Below are positions 60,587-64,000 of a DNA stretch of 64,000 bases, piece by piece. The stretch is from Maridesulfovibrio sp. (GTDB lineage Bacteria > Desulfobacterota > Desulfovibrionia > Desulfovibrionales > Desulfovibrionaceae). The notes under the pieces are model-generated. The model searched no databases. It was not told the origin of the DNA and saw nothing but the letters and a program-made list of their open reading frames with translations. Each line of letters opens with the position of its first letter. Positions within the stretch are counted from its first letter, which is position 1. A program made the translations under genes and the position numbers. The DNA lies in the NCBI RefSeq assembly GCF_963676065.1, contig NZ_OY780933.1, positions 2,332,122 through 2,396,121 of the forward strand. The letters run 5' to 3'.

Positions 60587-60613
60587 TAACTTTTATTGTT
60601 TTATTGCCGATGG
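60587..60613 (+). promoter_or_regulatory. Sigma-28 (FliA)-type promoter candidate
   Basis: TAAC-N15-GCCGATGG compared with consensus TAAA-N15-GCCGATAA. About 100 nt upstream of the MCP ATG. Confidence 0.45.
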
Positions 60614-60710
60614 GTGTGTATTGTGTCTATGAATAAATTTTGGTTTCTTTTGGCTGCACCTTAGAATTTTAATTGTTTTTTATGTCAGGTTTTAGAATTG
60701 GGAGAGTGGT

Positions 60711-62516
60711 ATGTTGAAAAATTTATCTATCGGTGGGCGTTTTGTTCTGCTGCTGGCGTCAATGCTTTTATTCTTGATAATCTGCGGGGGTATGTTTCTG
60801 TATGAGATCAGTGCTGTTGTGGATTCGGGTATCAGCGAAGTCGAGACAGGCATGGTTCAGGGGCATAAGGACAAGATTAAGGTCGCAACCCGTGCCGCAG
60901 CCGATATGCTGGGTGCACACATCAAAGATCTTGATGATGAAGCGGAAAAGGTAAATTTTGCACGCAAGGTTGTTGATAACTACCGCTTTGAAAAAGATAA
61001 ATCCGGATACTTTTTTATTTACCGGGGCACCAGGGTTATTACCGTCCCGACAAAGAAGTCTTTGCAGGGTAAGGATTTAAGCGGGGCAAAGGATAAGAAC
61101 GGTGTTTATTTTGTCAAAGAGCTCTCGAAGGTTGCTCATGATGGCGGCGGTTTCGTAGAGTATGTATTTGATAAGCCCGGTATGGGGCTGCAGCCTAAGC
61201 TGGCATACGCAACCATGATTCCGGGTAGTGATATGTGGATCGGAACCGGTGTTTATATTGATAACGTTGAAGCTGAGAAAACCCGCATCAATAAAGAGAT
61301 GGGCGATGAAGTTAAAGCTGATACGATTAAAATTGTTATGGTTCTGATAGCGTTGCTGCTGTTTATTATTACTCCGTTATGTATTGTTATTGTCCGGTCG
61401 ATTGTACGACCTGTTCAGGAAGCTACTGCCGCGGCTGCTCGAGTTGCGGAAGGCGATCTGACTATCACTCTTAAGCCCGCCGGCAAAAATGAGATTTCTG
61501 TTCTGCAGCGGGCTATTAATACCATGACAAAAACACTTGATGAAAATCTGACGGATATTAAAAGTAAAGAAGCCGAATCCGCGAAACAGGCTCGTGTGGC
61601 CGAGAATGCGGCCAAGGAAGCCAATGAAGCTCGTCACGAAGCTGAAGGGGCCAAACGGGAAGGTATGCTGGCAGCTGCCACAAAGCTTGAAAGTGTTCTC
61701 AATAACATCGTTAAAATTTCGCGGGAAGTTGAAAGTTCCACTAATGAAATCATGAACGGCAGTGAATTCCAGAAGCAGCGTATAGCCGAAACCGCCACAG
61801 CCATGGAAGAAATGAATGCAACTGTTCTGGAAGTCGCACGCAATGCAACAGAAACCAACGAAGACACCGAACTGACCAGAGATAAGGCCAGTGAGGGACA
61901 GAGCGTTGTTCAGGGAACCATCGAATCCATGGTCAGTATCCAAAACCAGACCAATGAGCTGGAAAAACTCATGGCTGACCTTAACGCCCAATCCATTGAG
62001 ATAGGTAACGTAATGAGCGTTATCAATGATATTGCTGACCAGACAAATCTACTGGCTTTGAACGCAGCGATCGAGGCTGCTCGTGCCGGTGAGGCTGGCA
62101 GGGGATTCGCCGTCGTTGCAGATGAGGTCCGCAAGCTCGCTGAAAAAACCATCGGCGCTACCGATGAAGTCGATAAAAGCATCTCATCTATTCAGGTTCT
62201 GGCTTCAAAGAATATTGAAGGTATGCGTACTGCTGTGGAAGCCATTGGGGGAGCCACTGACCACTCCAGGGCTTCCGGTGATGTCTTAAGCGAGATTGTG
62301 TCTCTGGCCTCCAACGCAGCCGGGCAGGTGCAGTCCATTGCCACAGCAGCTGAGGAGCAGTCTGCCACTTCTGATGAAATCAACCGCAGTATCTCTGAAA
62401 TAGATACCATGACTGAAGATAACGCCCGCAACAGCATGCGTGCGGCCGAGGCTGCATCCGACCTTTCCCGTGAAGTCGATGAGTTGGTGGCATTAGTGGA
62501 AGAACTCAGAAGTTAA
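60711..62516 (+). CDS. Methyl-accepting chemotaxis protein with an sCache_2-type sensor
   Basis: [11 protein letters not shown]...GGGFVEYVF...[16 protein letters not shown] domain, [34 protein letters not shown]. Confidence 0.9.
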   Translation: MLKNLSIGGRFVLLLASMLLFLIICGGMFLYEISAVVDSGISEVETGMVQGHKDKIKVATRAAADMLGAHIKDLDDEAEKVNFARKVVDNYRFEKDKSGYFFIYRGTRVITVPTKKSLQGKDLSGAKDKNGVYFVKELSKVAHDGGGFVEYVFDKPGMGLQPKLAYATMIPGSDMWIGTGVYIDNVEAEKTRINKEMGDEVKADTIKIVMVLIALLLFIITPLCIVIVRSIVRPVQEATAAAARVAEGDLTITLKPAGKNEISVLQRAINTMTKTLDENLTDIKSKEAESAKQARVAENAAKEANEARHEAEGAKREGMLAAATKLESVLNNIVKISREVESSTNEIMNGSEFQKQRIAETATAMEEMNATVLEVARNATETNEDTELTRDKASEGQSVVQGTIESMVSIQNQTNELEKLMADLNAQSIEIGNVMSVINDIADQTNLLALNAAIEAARAGEAGRGFAVVADEVRKLAEKTIGATDEVDKSISSIQVLASKNIEGMRTAVEAIGGATDHSRASGDVLSEIVSLASNAAGQVQSIATAAEEQSATSDEINRSISEIDTMTEDNARNSMRAAEAASDLSREVDELVALVEELRS

Positions 62517-62619
62517 GTGGATTTTGACTTGTAGAGCATGTAAAAATAGGCTCTAATACAATAACAAGATATTGAATCCATTGTCGTATTTTCATATGCA
62601 CTTAAGGAACGGAGGGAAA

Positions 62620-62922
62620 ATGATCAAACATATCGTAATCTGGAATTTGAAAGAGGAAGCTGCCGGTGGTACAGCAGCGGAAAACGGAGCTAAAATTAAA
62701 GAAATGATTGAAGCTTTGAATGGCAAGATCGCCGAACTTAAGCATGTTGAAGTTAGTGTGGATATCTTTGAAGCCACTCAGGAGTGGGGCGTGGTTCTCT
62801 ATTCTGAGTTTGACAGCAAGGAAGATCTTCATACTTATGCTGTGCATCCCCTGCATCAGGAGTGCGTCGCTTTTATCAAGGAAGTGGTGACTTCCAGAGA
62901 TGCGATCGATTATGTGATTTAA
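62620..62922 (+). CDS. Dabb (stress-responsive A/B-barrel) protein
   Basis: ATG at 62620 follows a GGAGGG RBS. MIKHIVIWNLKEE...HPLHQE. Confidence 0.8.
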   Translation: MIKHIVIWNLKEEAAGGTAAENGAKIKEMIEALNGKIAELKHVEVSVDIFEATQEWGVVLYSEFDSKEDLHTYAVHPLHQECVAFIKEVVTSRDAIDYVI

Positions 62923-62949
62923 TATCTTATCTGGATATAATTCTCATTG

Positions 62950-62980
62950 GGCCGGAAACTTTTGTTTCCGGCCTTTTTTT
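62950..62980 (+). terminator. Rho-independent terminator
   Basis: ggccggaaac/gtttccggcc stem plus a T7 run. Confidence 0.8.
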
Positions 62981-63097
62981 ATACTGGTCCATTTGGGTAA
63001 TGATGCTTATATTATATTTAAAGACTGTTTGTAATGGGTAAAAGCAATTGTGAGTGTCGGTCAGGTAAATTAATTAACCTGATTTTATCTAAATGTT

Positions 63098-63126
63098 TTG
63101 AGATTTTTAATTTAAAATTGTATAAT
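63098..63126 (+). promoter_or_regulatory. Sigma-70-type promoter candidate
   Basis: TTGAGA-N17-TATAAT, about 55 nt upstream of the ATG at 63180. Confidence 0.5.
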
Positions 63127-63179
63127 TTTAGTAAGGCTGAGTTCTGTATCTTAAATCCGATAAATACAGGGGGAGGACT

Positions 63180-64000
63180 ATGTTGAAGAATTTATCGATA
63201 GGCGCGAGATTCTTTTTGCTGCTTTCGTTAATGGTGCTTTTCCTGATTGTTACCGGTATTTTTTTCATGGGTGCAATCCGTGAAATTACTGCGCACGGAG
63301 TAAGTTCTACCGAAAAGATTATGCTTCAGGATCAGAAGGATAAGATTTTTGTGGCGACCAGAAGCATGGCATTATCACTTGGTAAGGAAATAGCACATAT
63401 TACCGACCCTGCCGAACGTCTGGAATTTATTCGCGAGGCACTTGATCCGGTGCGGTTCGAAAAGGATAATTCCGGATATTTTTTCGTTTACAAGGGCACA
63501 GTGAATATGGTTATGCCGCCCAAGAAGTCCCTACAAGGTAAGGATCTCAGCGGTCTTAAGGATCAGAACGGGCTGCTGGTAATATCTGAGCTAAGTAAGG
63601 TTGCCCATTCCGGCGGCGGTTATGTGAAGTATTTTTTTGAAAAGCCCGGTGCCGGAGTGCAGCCTAAGATCAGCTATTCGATGATGATCCCCGGAACTGA
63701 TATGTGGATCGGTACCGGCGTTTACATCGATAATATTGATAAGGAAGCAGGAATTATGGGTGGCGCAATGCGTGATAACGCAAACGCCTTTACCATGAAG
63801 ATCGTCATCGGGGCCGGAGTGGTGCTGCTGTTTCTGGTTCTGCCTCTCTCAATTTATCTGATCCGCTCCATTGTACGGCCGCTTGTGGAATCAACCGAAG
63901 CCGCTACTGAAGTTGCTCAGGGGAATCTTGATGTTTCCCTGACCCCTGAAGGACGTAATGAAATAGCTACGTTACAGACCGCTTTGAATACCATGGTGGG
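63180..64000 (+). CDS. Methyl-accepting chemotaxis protein paralog (5' part; runs off the window)
   Basis: Hand translation gives [21 protein letters not shown]...DNSGYFFVYKG...GGGYVKYFFEKPG...[12 protein letters not shown]...HAMP. By eye about 60-65% identical to the 60711 MCP sensor. GGGGAGG RBS. Confidence 0.85.
   Translation, partial: MLKNLSIGARFFLLLSLMVLFLIVTGIFFMGAIREITAHGVSSTEKIMLQDQKDKIFVATRSMALSLGKEIAHITDPAERLEFIREALDPVRFEKDNSGYFFVYKGTVNMVMPPKKSLQGKDLSGLKDQNGLLVISELSKVAHSGGGYVKYFFEKPGAGVQPKISYSMMIPGTDMWIGTGVYIDNIDKEAGIMGGAMRDNANAFTMKIVIGAGVVLLFLVLPLSIYLIRSIVRPLVESTEAATEVAQGNLDVSLTPEGRNEIATLQTALNTMV

Overview
This window looks like chromosome from a marine Desulfovibrio/Maridesulfovibrio-type sulfate reducer. 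The taxon is inferred from gene content and synteny, and GC (about 45%) was judged by eye. From left to right it contains the following. (1) An SLT lytic transglycosylase. (2) A 1.35-kb IS4-family element with perfect 16-bp terminal inverted repeats and an apparently degenerate transposase. (3) A tight three-gene operon of unknown function: an 821-aa soluble protein built from FliG-like and MotA-loop-like helical modules, a lipoprotein, and a 603-aa polytopic membrane protein. (4) A RelA/SpoT-type HD hydrolase. (5) An AT-rich patch carrying a YaaA/DUF328 gene, ending at a 24-nt remnant that resembles the 3' end of ssrA (tmRNA). (6) A sigma-54-promoted module: a deviant CooS-family protein with a poly-His N-terminus, an HPP-family membrane protein, and a GAF-AAA+ enhancer-binding protein. 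(7) A rubredoxin. (8) A DEAD-box helicase / RRM protein cluster. (9) A Cache-type MCP. (10) A flagellar export and regulation operon (fliR-flhB-flhA-flhF-flhG-fliA-cheY-fliL plus three unknown tail genes). (11) Housekeeping genes: M23 peptidase, ttcA-like, rpoZ, dnaJ, moaC, CoADR-rhodanese. (12) A hybrid histidine kinase plus NtrC-type regulator upstream of the por-lctP-glcD-glpC-pta-ackA-lutC-lutBA lactate-utilisation operon. (13) Two paralogous sCache MCP genes flanking a Dabb gene. I saw no rRNA, intact tRNA or CRISPR array. The best candidates for undescribed biology are the sigma-54/GAF-controlled deviant-CooS + HPP module (about 9.9-14.9 kb) and the FliG/MotA-like chimera operon (about 3.0-7.9 kb). 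All family assignments come from reading motifs in the translations by eye. No searches were run.
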